From a virus (Duplodnaviria > Caudoviricetes), in IMG/VR virus record IMGVR_UViG_3300005512_000217, positions 1-30,680 of that record: a stretch of DNA of 30,680 nt, one strand, 5' to 3'. The notes under the pieces were generated by a model, which worked only from the letters and a program-made list of their open reading frames with translations, searched no databases and was not told the DNA's origin. Below are positions 16,274 through 23,928 of this stretch, one piece after another. The position numbers and the translations under genes were made by a program. The stretch's first letter is position 1; each line of letters opens with the position of its first letter.

Positions 16274-16475
16274 GCCCTTTTATTTGCTGCCCTTGTTTTT
16301 TTAGATAACATTTAGGACAGGACAGCCCCGCCGATTCGCGAACCATCGCCGGTTCCCCGCAATCATCGCAACGATACGCAGGGTTTAGCGTGGTTGGTTT
16401 GTCACGTTTTAGCGTGGGTAGCTGCCCATTCTTGTTTTGCCGGAATTGCTCATGTAAGTTCCATCCCACAAACAC
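16248..16475 (-). CDS. Small zinc-finger protein
   Basis: CDDC...CPKC; the start is uncertain (67-nt overlap with the upstream ORF). Confidence 0.5.
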   Translation of the reverse strand: MFVGWNLHEQFRQNKNGQLPTLKRDKPTTLNPAYRCDDCGEPAMVRESAGLSCPKCYLKKQGQQIKGLDHAGYYP

Positions 16476-16855
16476 TTTTGGATTTTAAAGTTCCTGACCT
16501 TTAACGCATGACAGCCAGACCCAAATATTTTCCAAAACAATTTATCTAGAAAGTAGCTAGACATCATTTCGTACGCAGTCATTTGGTTAGGGTGCTTTGA
16601 CAGAAATTCTAGTCTATCTTGGTACGCCTGTTTGTTTTCAAACTGAAGTTTTTTGGTTATCAAGACAGGTTGCGCTGCTTCTTTTTCCTTGCGCTTTGCC
16701 CATGCCTTTTTCATGGCCTCGCTTCGTTTACGAAATTCTTTCAGGTGTTTTTCGCCCTGTTTAATAAGTTCTTTTTGCCGCTCCTCTTCCATCTTTTCCT
16801 TCAAGGGTTGCAGAGCCGCGAACGGACTAGCACCATTTGGATAATAGTTTCTCAT
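16409..16855 (-). CDS. Hypothetical protein
   Basis: 148 aa; GGAG RBS; ATGA overlap with the upstream gene. Confidence 0.65.
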   Translation of the reverse strand: MRNYYPNGASPFAALQPLKEKMEEERQKELIKQGEKHLKEFRKRSEAMKKAWAKRKEKEAAQPVLITKKLQFENKQAYQDRLEFLSKHPNQMTAYEMMSSYFLDKLFWKIFGSGCHALKVRNFKIQKCLWDGTYMSNSGKTRMGSYPR

Positions 16856-17055
16856 ATGTACTTACTCCAGTAGTTGTCCCAAGCTTCACGCAACATATCA
16901 GCATATTCTCTGTCGTTGTGCAAGCCCAAAAAATCGCGGTGCGGTTCCATCTCTTGCATGAACTCGCCAAAGAACTCGCAGTTGCCTATCTTACTGTTGG
17001 CAAGATACCAGAAATCTTCTTCTAGTTGCATTGCCCAAGCTTTGACCTTACCCAT
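16852..17055 (-). CDS. Hypothetical protein (MGKVKAWAMQLEE)
   Basis: GAAAGGA RBS before ATG 17055; alternative start at 17112. Confidence 0.65.
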   Translation of the reverse strand: MGKVKAWAMQLEEDFWYLANSKIGNCEFFGEFMQEMEPHRDFLGLHNDREYADMLREAWDNYWSKYI

Positions 17056-17236
17056 GCTTTTTCCTTTCGGGTTGAAATACACGAATTTTTGAAATGCCTT
17101 CGTATACTTCATCTAATTCTTTCCTGATACGCAACGCCGCTTCATACACCTCGCCACCGTTACCGTCTTGGTTAGGTAAAAGACCAGCGTTACCGTAATC
17201 TATGATGTACTTTAAGATAATTGAAATGTCGCTCAT
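17048..17236 (-). CDS. Hypothetical protein
   Basis: 62 aa, directly abutting the upstream stop. Confidence 0.55.
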   Translation of the reverse strand: MSDISIILKYIIDYGNAGLLPNQDGNGGEVYEAALRIRKELDEVYEGISKIRVFQPERKKHG

Positions 17237-17299
17237 TTAGAAATCCCCGACTTCTGTTTCAAACGCATCATAATCTTCCTTGATACGCAACGCCGCTTC
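17125..17299. repeat. 19-bp direct repeat TGATACGCAACGCCGCTTC
   Basis: Copies at 17125-17143 and 17281-17299; both encode EAALRI. Confidence 0.9.
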
Positions 17300-17482
17300 T
17301 TCGGCATATTTAGCCTCTTCGAACTTGGAACGTGTCGTGTGGTAAGCCATCAGCATTGCAGCAAACTCAGGGAATGTTTCCCAATCAGGTCTGCCGTGTG
17401 TATCAAATATGTAGTCAATTTCAGTGTCGAGTGCTACCAGTATGGCGTTGACTTGTTTCTTTGGTAGGTTAAGCGTTATCAT
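17237..17482 (-). CDS. Hypothetical protein
   Basis: 81 aa; GGAG RBS; ATGA coupling. Confidence 0.7.
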   Translation of the reverse strand: MITLNLPKKQVNAILVALDTEIDYIFDTHGRPDWETFPEFAAMLMAYHTTRSKFEEAKYAEEAALRIKEDYDAFETEVGDF

Positions 17483-17805
17483 CTGTCGTCTCCATCATAA
17501 CCATGAAATTTGATATATTCTCTTATCTTATCTTTTGCTTCTTTAACGTGACCATATATGTCATCTAACGTGCTGTCAACTATGTCGGCATTCTCTAAGA
17601 TTTTAGCTGATTCATTTAGGAACGCCAAGATATCCAAGCTGGTAAATTCAGATAGGACATGTAGGTCACCTTCACCATCACAGACATCACACTTACCATA
17701 GGTGCTATCTATCCAGCCACCGTTCGCAAAGTCTGTGACCGGTTTGTCGTATTCGGCAATGCCGCCACCGTTACAGGCGAGACAGGTTCTAATTATCGTT
17801 GCCAT
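17479..17805 (-). CDS. Protein with a DnaJ-type CxxCxGxG zinc finger
   Basis: Start re-set to ATG 17805 (AAGGAG RBS); CLACNGGG and CDVCDGEG. Confidence 0.7.
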   Translation of the reverse strand: MATIIRTCLACNGGGIAEYDKPVTDFANGGWIDSTYGKCDVCDGEGDLHVLSEFTSLDILAFLNESAKILENADIVDSTLDDIYGHVKEAKDKIREYIKFHGYDGDDR

Positions 17806-17962
17806 CGGTTGTCTCCTTGTCATTAGAAGGGAAAAGTCGTACATCCAGTCCTAGTTTGTCCGCCCTTCGTTGGAGTTCTTCGGGAATAGGTTTGCCTAGC
17901 ATCTGAAGTCGCTTTGCAATAGAACCCACCCACTCCCTATTAAGGTTGTCGTAATTACTCAT
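17789..17962 (-). CDS. Hypothetical protein, 57 aa, not in the ORF track
   Basis: AGGAG RBS; MSNYDNLNREWVGSIAKRLQMLGKPIPEELQRRADKLGLDV... Confidence 0.65.
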   Translation of the reverse strand: MSNYDNLNREWVGSIAKRLQMLGKPIPEELQRRADKLGLDVRLFPSNDKETTDGNDN

Positions 17963-18125
17963 CGGTTATCTCCTGTACTCTCAACACTTTGGTATTTTCA
18001 CCACCGACTAAGCCCACCATATCTATCTGGGCTTTTATCTGTGCCTCATATTCTGTGTTAGCGTGGACAATAACTTCACGAGTTGTTGTCGCCTCTACCT
18101 TAACTTCCCAAGTTCTTTCAGACAT
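17955..18125 (-). CDS. Hypothetical protein, 56 aa, not in the ORF track
   Basis: AAGGAG RBS; MSERTWEVKVEATTTREVIVHANTEYEAQIKA... Confidence 0.7.
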   Translation of the reverse strand: MSERTWEVKVEATTTREVIVHANTEYEAQIKAQIDMVGLVGGENTKVLRVQEITDE

Positions 18126-18126
18126 A

Positions 18127-18267
18127 TTAATACTCCTTCAATGTATCTATTACCAGATAAATAACTATAGCTAAACTCACCACCAGATACCCTATAACAA
18201 ACAGGTCGTCCATTCCCACGTCGGGCATTTGGTTACCTAAACAAACCAAAGTCTGGCAGTCAAGCAT
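18127..18267 (-). CDS. Small single-pass membrane protein, 46 aa, not in the ORF track
   Basis: Hydrophobic stretch LFVIGYLVVSLAIVIYLVI; fills the gap in the operon. Confidence 0.55.
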   Translation of the reverse strand: MLDCQTLVCLGNQMPDVGMDDLFVIGYLVVSLAIVIYLVIDTLKEY

Positions 18268-18499
18268 AATATCTGCCTTCCCAGTCTTTTATCTTGAACT
18301 TGTATTGCATAGCCCTCCTACGGCTACAAACAATAATACCACCAACCCAGACCTCGTTGTCTGCAACCCTCACGCGGCGTAATCTTTCACCGTGTACCTT
18401 GTCGGCTGCATCTAGAGCAAACGAACTGGATGGGTGCGGGTTGCTGACTATCGGTCTGGTGAACGGATGCTGGATAACGTACCATGAGGGATTAGCCAT
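18260..18499 (-). CDS. Hypothetical protein
   Basis: 79 aa; TAATG coupling to the upstream gene. Confidence 0.65.
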   Translation of the reverse strand: MANPSWYVIQHPFTRPIVSNPHPSSSFALDAADKVHGERLRRVRVADNEVWVGGIIVCSRRRAMQYKFKIKDWEGRYYA

Positions 18500-18786
18500 T
18501 ATCCCTGCTCCCGCACATCAAAGTTAAACTCGTGGCGCAACCTGTCTTTTGCATCAGATAGTTCTTGTAGGTCGTGGGCAGTAACAGCTTTGATACCGCC
18601 CATGTCAGGATACAAAGCAGTCTCTAGAATCTCGTCTAGCAACTCATATACCTTGATGACAGCAACCCGCTGGTCGAGGGACAACTTTGCTATGCGGTTA
18701 CGGCGTTGGATGCGGTCTTTTTCACGCAAGGCTGCGAAGTAAGCAATGCGTTCATCAGGTGTCATGTTCTCTAGTTTCTTAGCCAT
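18499..18786 (-). CDS. Hypothetical protein
   Basis: Start re-set to ATG 18786 (GGAG RBS): MAKKLENMTPDERIAYF. Confidence 0.7.
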   Translation of the reverse strand: MAKKLENMTPDERIAYFAALREKDRIQRRNRIAKLSLDQRVAVIKVYELLDEILETALYPDMGGIKAVTAHDLQELSDAKDRLRHEFNFDVREQG

Positions 18787-18816
18787 TTCATTTCTCCATC
18801 GGCTGTTGATTAGTAA

Positions 18817-18845
18817 CCAATATCGGAAACAAAAAAGGGTGTCAA
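18817..18845 (-). promoter_or_regulatory. Promoter TTGACA-17-TATTGG
   Basis: -35 at 18845-18840, immediately after the terminator U-tract. Confidence 0.55.
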
Positions 18846-18846
18846 C

Positions 18847-18881
18847 AAAAAAAAACGAGGCCAGAAATAAATCTGACCTCG
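18847..18881 (-). terminator. Intrinsic terminator
   Basis: CGAGGUCAGA/UCUGGCCUCG stem followed by U9. Confidence 0.8.
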
Positions 18882-19105
18882 CTTCCCAACCAACCAAGGA
18901 AACAAAGGGTAACCACTCCCCTTGCTTTTACTAAGAGTGCAGAGTAATCGCCATGAGGCAATCTGTTCTAACTCTTTTTATGCAGCGTGTTACCACGCTC
19001 AAAATCCTGTTGTTTCGGTCACTTTTCAGCGACATTCTCCACTTCAGGACTATGCTACCCTACGAACTTAAATTTAAAGTACAGACATTACTGTCACGCT
19101 CCATA
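18847..19105 (-). ncRNA. Candidate structured non-coding RNA
   Basis: Gap with no credible ORF, containing three GNRA-capped hairpins, two further stems and a terminator. Confidence 0.6.
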
Positions 19106-19107
19106 AT

Positions 19108-19368
19108 TTAAGCAACCTCGTAAGGTGTCCCTAGTTTTACCAGCTTCTCACGGTTGTTGTCAAGCCACTTTCTGCAATCATTTTCACTTTTTCCCACGAA
19201 CACGGAAATGTCCATTAAGTAATCTACACAATTCTTTTTCTTCACCTGTTCGCGGTCAGTCTCTCCGATTCGAACAGATGATATCGGTGCGTTGACAATC
19301 CACGAACCATCTTTGCGTTGCCATACTTCGATGGTAGGTTTCTTAGTCTGTATAGATGTTTGGGTCAT
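19108..19368 (-). CDS. Hypothetical protein
   Basis: Probable start at ATG 19368 (MTQTSIQTKKPTIEVWQRKDGSW). Confidence 0.6.
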   Translation of the reverse strand: MTQTSIQTKKPTIEVWQRKDGSWIVNAPISSVRIGETDREQVKKKNCVDYLMDISVFVGKSENDCRKWLDNNREKLVKLGTPYEVA

Positions 19369-19555
19369 TATCTTCATCCAATGCTTCAATGTAAAGTTCG
19401 ATTGCGTCACGCATTAAATCACCTACACTAACTTGCTCCAAGCTTTTCTTTTGCAATCGTGCAGCGTGTCCTGCTAGACTGTCATATTGTTCGACAGACA
19501 TTAACAGGTTATACGTCTTCGTTGGGTCAGGTATCTTTGCCGGTCTTCCCATCAT
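19343..19555 (-). CDS. Ribbon-helix-helix (CopG/Arc-like) DNA-binding protein
   Basis: MGRP, beta strand KTYNLLMS, a helix, then SVGDLMRDAIELYI. Confidence 0.65.
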   Translation of the reverse strand: MMGRPAKIPDPTKTYNLLMSVEQYDSLAGHAARLQKKSLEQVSVGDLMRDAIELYIEALDEDNDPNIYTD

Positions 19556-19676
19556 TCATTTCCTTCTTTGCAAGTTTATCTAATTTAGATTTCTTTTTAT
19601 CTGGGACAGTTTTATGTTTGTATTTTTTATCCCTTAATAGTTTAGCTATAGGGTTTATTTTAATATTAAAAGACAT
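19527..19676 (-). CDS. Small basic protein (NPIAKLLR..KYKHKTVPDKKK)
   Basis: Recurrent small phage protein pattern; probable start near 19676, within the track ORF 19527..19727. Confidence 0.55.
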   Translation of the reverse strand: MSFNIKINPIAKLLRDKKYKHKTVPDKKKSKLDKLAKKEMNDGKTGKDT

Positions 19677-19751
19677 AATAGGGTTCCCTATATGGTTACT
19701 GTTCATAATGCGTATCATGCCTGTCAAGCGTTCGTCAACAAAAAAATGTAG

Positions 19752-19780
19752 TTGACACGATTTTTATTGTGGGTTATTTG
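19752..19780 (+). promoter_or_regulatory. Promoter TTGACA-17-TATTTG for the replication module, back to back with leftward TTGAC hexamers at 19738 and 19727
   Basis: Divergent intergenic region between the two oppositely transcribed modules; AGGAG RBS before 19801. Confidence 0.55.
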
Positions 19781-19800
19781 TCGGGGCATAGGAGAAGCCC

Positions 19801-20595
19801 ATGACAGCTTGGCTAAAAGATTATGTGAACGGTTTGACAATTGCACCGGAAGGTCGTCTACGGATGGATTGCCCTGCGTGTGCCAAGAAGAATACCTTTA
19901 GCGTTTCAGATACAAATGGCGAACGCCTATGGTTTTGTTTTCATGCAGACTGTGGAGTTCGTGGACGGACTGGTTTCCGAATCAGAAACGATACACCCTA
20001 CCATCCCCTGCTGAAGAAGACGATGCCAGTTCGCGAACCCCTTTGCGAACAAGAGTTTCAGCTTCCTGATACCGTTGTCCCTGTGTCGCGCAGTGAAGAA
20101 GCCGTGCGATACTTGAAGAGGGTCAATGCCTATGATGCGTACCTTGCTGGTCGTGTCGATATTCGTTATGACTTCCGCATGAACCGTGTTGTTTATCTGA
20201 TTAAAGATGGTAGGCGAACAGTTGATGCGGCAGGTCGTAGTTTAGTTAATGCCAAACCAAAATGGTGGAGATATGGAAAATCAGGTAATCCTTTCGTTTG
20301 CGGCTCCAGCCGTGTCGGAGTTATTCTGGAAGACTGTGCTAGTGCTTGCAGTGTATCTAGTTTTCTTTCGGGGATAGCCCTCTTGGGAACCAACCTACAA
20401 GACAGTCACTTGCCAACTTTGCGTCAGTATGATAGATTGCTGGTCGCTTTGGACAAGGATGCTACAAAGAAAGCCCTCGAACTGGTTCGCAGGCTGCAGG
20501 CTATACGGCCTACTAATTTAATTGTTTTAAACAAAGATGTGAAAGATATGACCAATGATGAACGACACTCAACCTTCGAGAAATATATCAATTGA
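19801..20595 (+). CDS. DNA primase (zinc-binding plus TOPRIM domain)
   Basis: CPAC...CFHADC zinc finger; ILED, ALLGT, ALDKDA and KDVKD. Confidence 0.9.
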   Translation: MTAWLKDYVNGLTIAPEGRLRMDCPACAKKNTFSVSDTNGERLWFCFHADCGVRGRTGFRIRNDTPYHPLLKKTMPVREPLCEQEFQLPDTVVPVSRSEEAVRYLKRVNAYDAYLAGRVDIRYDFRMNRVVYLIKDGRRTVDAAGRSLVNAKPKWWRYGKSGNPFVCGSSRVGVILEDCASACSVSSFLSGIALLGTNLQDSHLPTLRQYDRLLVALDKDATKKALELVRRLQAIRPTNLIVLNKDVKDMTNDERHSTFEKYIN

Positions 20596-21796
20596 ACTGC
20601 AGGTTCTGGGATTCATTTTAAACAATGATTTCTATAACAAGGTAAAGAACATTATATCCCGCGACATGTTCGAGGGACGCTATGCAACCCTGTTCGATAC
20701 CATCACTTATGCCCACAAGAACTACGCCACGAACCTGTCGCGTGACCAGTTGGATTCCCTGTTCATGGACAGGAACCCTGCTATGCCTCACAGTGCAAAG
20801 CAAGAAGTCTTTGAAATCATTAGCCAACTTAGCGAACACGTTAGTGAAGCAGGTGACCTAGAGTTAGACGTGACCAAGAACTTCTGGGTTCGTGACCGTG
20901 CAAGACAGATTGGGGAGAAGGCTATTGCCATCTTCACTGGTGAGTCCGAACACTTTGGCGAACTCAAGACCCTGATTGATATGGTCGAAGATGGTCGCAT
21001 GTCCGACAAGACAACCTACAGTGAAATGGACAAAGACTTTGTTCAGCTAATGGAAGAAGAGGTTGGCGAACCAGACTTTCCATTCACTTGGGACTTGATG
21101 GCAGAACACCTTGGCGGTATGGACAGAGGTAACCTTGGGATTATCTTTGCCCGCCCCGAAGTGGGGAAGACAACCTTCTGTGCCTTTGTTGCCGCTAGTT
21201 ACGTCAAGCAAAAACATAAGGTAGTCTATTGGGCGAACGAGGAACCGGCAGAAAAGATAAAGCTAAGAATTATCCAAAGCTTCTTTGGCTTGACACGAGA
21301 GGAAATGGCTGCAGGTGCGGATGCCTTGTCCCATCGTTACGCAGAAGAGATTGCCCCATACCTCACTGTGATGGATTCGGTTGGCACATCAATGGAAGAG
21401 CTAAACGAATACGCCCAGCTAAACGAACCGGACGTAATGTTCTGTGACCAGCTAGACAAGTTCAAGGTATCTGGTGAGTTCAACCGTGGGGATGAACGCT
21501 TAAAGGAAACATATGTCGTGGCTCGTGAGATTGCCAAGCGTAACAAACTACTGGTGTGGTCAGTTAGTCAGGCAAGCTTTGAGGCACATGACCGTCAGTT
21601 CATCGACTATGCTATGCTAGACGGTTCGCGAACCGGTAAGGCTGGCGAGGCAGATGTTATCATCGGTATCGGCAAGACCGGTACGTCAGAAGAAGAGAAC
21701 ACCACACGGCACATCTGCATTTCAAAGAACAAACTCAATGGTTGGCACGGTATGTTTACCAGCCACATTGATGTGCAGCGGGGGGTGTATTACTAA
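20555..21796 (+). CDS. DnaB-like (SF4) replicative helicase
   Basis: ARPEVGKTTF Walker A, NEE, DQLDK, SQA, EADVIIG and SKNK. Confidence 0.92.
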   Translation: MMNDTQPSRNISIELQVLGFILNNDFYNKVKNIISRDMFEGRYATLFDTITYAHKNYATNLSRDQLDSLFMDRNPAMPHSAKQEVFEIISQLSEHVSEAGDLELDVTKNFWVRDRARQIGEKAIAIFTGESEHFGELKTLIDMVEDGRMSDKTTYSEMDKDFVQLMEEEVGEPDFPFTWDLMAEHLGGMDRGNLGIIFARPEVGKTTFCAFVAASYVKQKHKVVYWANEEPAEKIKLRIIQSFFGLTREEMAAGADALSHRYAEEIAPYLTVMDSVGTSMEELNEYAQLNEPDVMFCDQLDKFKVSGEFNRGDERLKETYVVAREIAKRNKLLVWSVSQASFEAHDRQFIDYAMLDGSRTGKAGEADVIIGIGKTGTSEEENTTRHICISKNKLNGWHGMFTSHIDVQRGVYY

Positions 21797-22383
21797 TGAA
21801 TGTCTTGACCTTTGACGTGGAAACAACCCACAAGCCCAAAGCCAATGGTTCGACAACTGCCTTGCCATACTTCGGAAACTCTTTAGTTTCAAACGGTTAC
21901 AAGTGGTTGGGCGAGCAGCACGTCCACTATCACTGCTATTACCACAGTGTTCGCGAACCGCATGAGTTCGCCTTCGAACTGTTCCAAGCTGCTCTTGACA
22001 AAGCCGACGTGGTTGTGGGACAAAACATAAAGTTTGATTTATCTTGGATTCGCGATTGCGGGTTCGTTTATGAGGGACACGTATATGATACAATGGTTGC
22101 AGAATATATTCTTGCCCGCTCCCAGAGGTGGCCTCTTTCACTTGCTGCTCTTGCAGAAAAGTATAGTGATGTGCAAAAAGAGAAAGACCTCGTTGCGCCG
22201 TACTTTAAAGAAGGCAAAACATTCTACGACATACCTTGGGAAATAATAGAAACGTATGGAAAGGCTGATGTCATTTCCACAGAGCAAGTAGCCCTTGCAC
22301 AACTCGAAGCCTTTGGCACTACATTTGAGGAACTATTCAATGAACAACCAAACACTCTTGCCCACTTTGCGTCTGTCGCTTGA
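21796..22383 (+). CDS. 3'-5' exonuclease domain of a family A DNA polymerase, as a separate ORF
   Basis: ExoI FDVET, ExoII NIKFD, DTMVAEY and ExoIII YGKAD. Confidence 0.85.
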   Translation: MNVLTFDVETTHKPKANGSTTALPYFGNSLVSNGYKWLGEQHVHYHCYYHSVREPHEFAFELFQAALDKADVVVGQNIKFDLSWIRDCGFVYEGHVYDTMVAEYILARSQRWPLSLAALAEKYSDVQKEKDLVAPYFKEGKTFYDIPWEIIETYGKADVISTEQVALAQLEAFGTTFEELFNEQPNTLAHFASVA

Positions 22384-23887
22384 GATGACAGATGTGCTGT
22401 CCCGCATCGAACGGAACGGCATCAAGATTAATAGACAAACACTATCTGACATTCGCCGCGAATACGAGGATGAACTGTTTACCCTCGAACGGCGGCTACA
22501 AGAACTGGCTGCGGAAGCTATGGGTGACACCCCCATCAACCTCGACAGTCCAGATGACCGTTCCAAGCTGTTCTATTCCTGTAAGGTAAAGGACAAGTCC
22601 CGCTGGGCTGGTCTGTTTAACTTGGGTCACGAGATTCGCGGTGCAGGACGCAAACCAAAACGCCGCACACGGATGAGTCGTGCCGACTTCAAACGCAACG
22701 TTGTAAACGAGACGGATGTACTATTCAAGACCCGTGGCAGTCAGTGTACCGATTGCGGCGGCGTAGGACGCTATACAGCCCGCAAGAAGGATGGAACACT
22801 AGGTAAGGCTATTAGAATCTGTAAGCCCTGTCAGGGAGCCGGTGTGCGCTATACATCGACTGGTCAGGTTGCAGGGTTCAAGCTGGTTCCTCGTGACCCC
22901 TACGATGTGGCTGCCGCAGGATTCAAGACAGATAAAGAAACCCTAGAGAGTATGTTCACATCCCTGAGAGGAGAAGCCCGTGAATTTGCAGAAGCTTATA
23001 TCAGATACAGTGCGGTTCGCACCTACCTTCGTTCGTTTGTCGAGGGCATGGAAAACAATATGGATGGCGAGGGTTTTATACACACAGAATTTATGCAGTG
23101 TGTTACGGCGACGGGTCGCCTTTCGAGCCGCAATCCTAACTTTCAGAATATGCCACGAGGTACTACCTTCATTATACGGCGGGCTGTTGAAAGCAGGTTC
23201 GAGGGCGGTTCGATACTCGAAGGGGATTATGCCCAGCTAGAGTTCAGGGTAGCTGGTTTCCTTGCAGATGATGAGGGTATCAAGACTGATGTGGATGCCG
23301 GTACAGATGTACATAGCTATACTGCCAGTGTCATAGGGTGTTCGCGGCAAGATGCCAAGGCTCACACATTCAAACCTTTGTATGGCGGTGTGTCTGGTAC
23401 AGATGACCAGAAACGATATTACAATGCGTTCAAGGAAAAGTATAACAATGTTACCAAGTGGCACGAACATCTGCAGAAACACGCGGTAACCAAGAAGTAC
23501 ATCCAGCTTCCTTCGGGCAGGCAATACGCTTTCCCGCATGCAAAGTGGACAGACTGGGGTGCAGCAACAGACCGCACCGCCATCTGCAACTATCCGGTTC
23601 AAGGGTTTGCAACTGCTGACCTGCTGCCTATGTCCTTGATTATGTTAGATAAACGAGTTCGCGAACTAAACCTGCGTTCGGTTATCTGCAACACGGTTCA
23701 CGATTCCATCGTCATGGACGTGTATCCCAGCGAGGAAAAAAAATGTATTGACGTGATGGCTGAATGTATGTTAGCTATCCCGTTGGAATCAAAGAATAGG
23801 TATGGGATTACCTATGATATGCCAGTTGGAATCGAACTAAAAATGGGTAAAAACTGGCTTGACTTGGAAGAGGTATTAACTGTATAA
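22340..23887 (+). CDS. polA: Family A DNA polymerase domain with an inserted DnaJ-type zinc finger
   Basis: GAGGA RBS before ATG 22340; CTDCGGVG...CKPCQGAG; TATGRLSS, motif A DYAQLEFR, motif B RQDAKAHTFKPLYG, motif C VHDS. Confidence 0.92.
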   Translation: MNNQTLLPTLRLSLEMTDVLSRIERNGIKINRQTLSDIRREYEDELFTLERRLQELAAEAMGDTPINLDSPDDRSKLFYSCKVKDKSRWAGLFNLGHEIRGAGRKPKRRTRMSRADFKRNVVNETDVLFKTRGSQCTDCGGVGRYTARKKDGTLGKAIRICKPCQGAGVRYTSTGQVAGFKLVPRDPYDVAAAGFKTDKETLESMFTSLRGEAREFAEAYIRYSAVRTYLRSFVEGMENNMDGEGFIHTEFMQCVTATGRLSSRNPNFQNMPRGTTFIIRRAVESRFEGGSILEGDYAQLEFRVAGFLADDEGIKTDVDAGTDVHSYTASVIGCSRQDAKAHTFKPLYGGVSGTDDQKRYYNAFKEKYNNVTKWHEHLQKHAVTKKYIQLPSGRQYAFPHAKWTDWGAATDRTAICNYPVQGFATADLLPMSLIMLDKRVRELNLRSVICNTVHDSIVMDVYPSEEKKCIDVMAECMLAIPLESKNRYGITYDMPVGIELKMGKNWLDLEEVLTV

Positions 23888-23888
23888 T
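23859..23888 (+). promoter_or_regulatory. Promoter TTGACT-18-TATAAT overlapping the polymerase 3' end
   Basis: -35 at 23859-23864, -10 at 23883-23888. Confidence 0.55.
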
Positions 23889-23928
23889 CCCTTTACGCTT
23901 AACACTCATAGAAAAGGAATCTACGATT

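Noticed and set aside
19005-19050. Hammerhead ribozyme (CUGAAG...stem...CGAAAC)
   Set aside because: CUGANGA is not intact and does not abut the stem, and no stem I/III arrangement was found.
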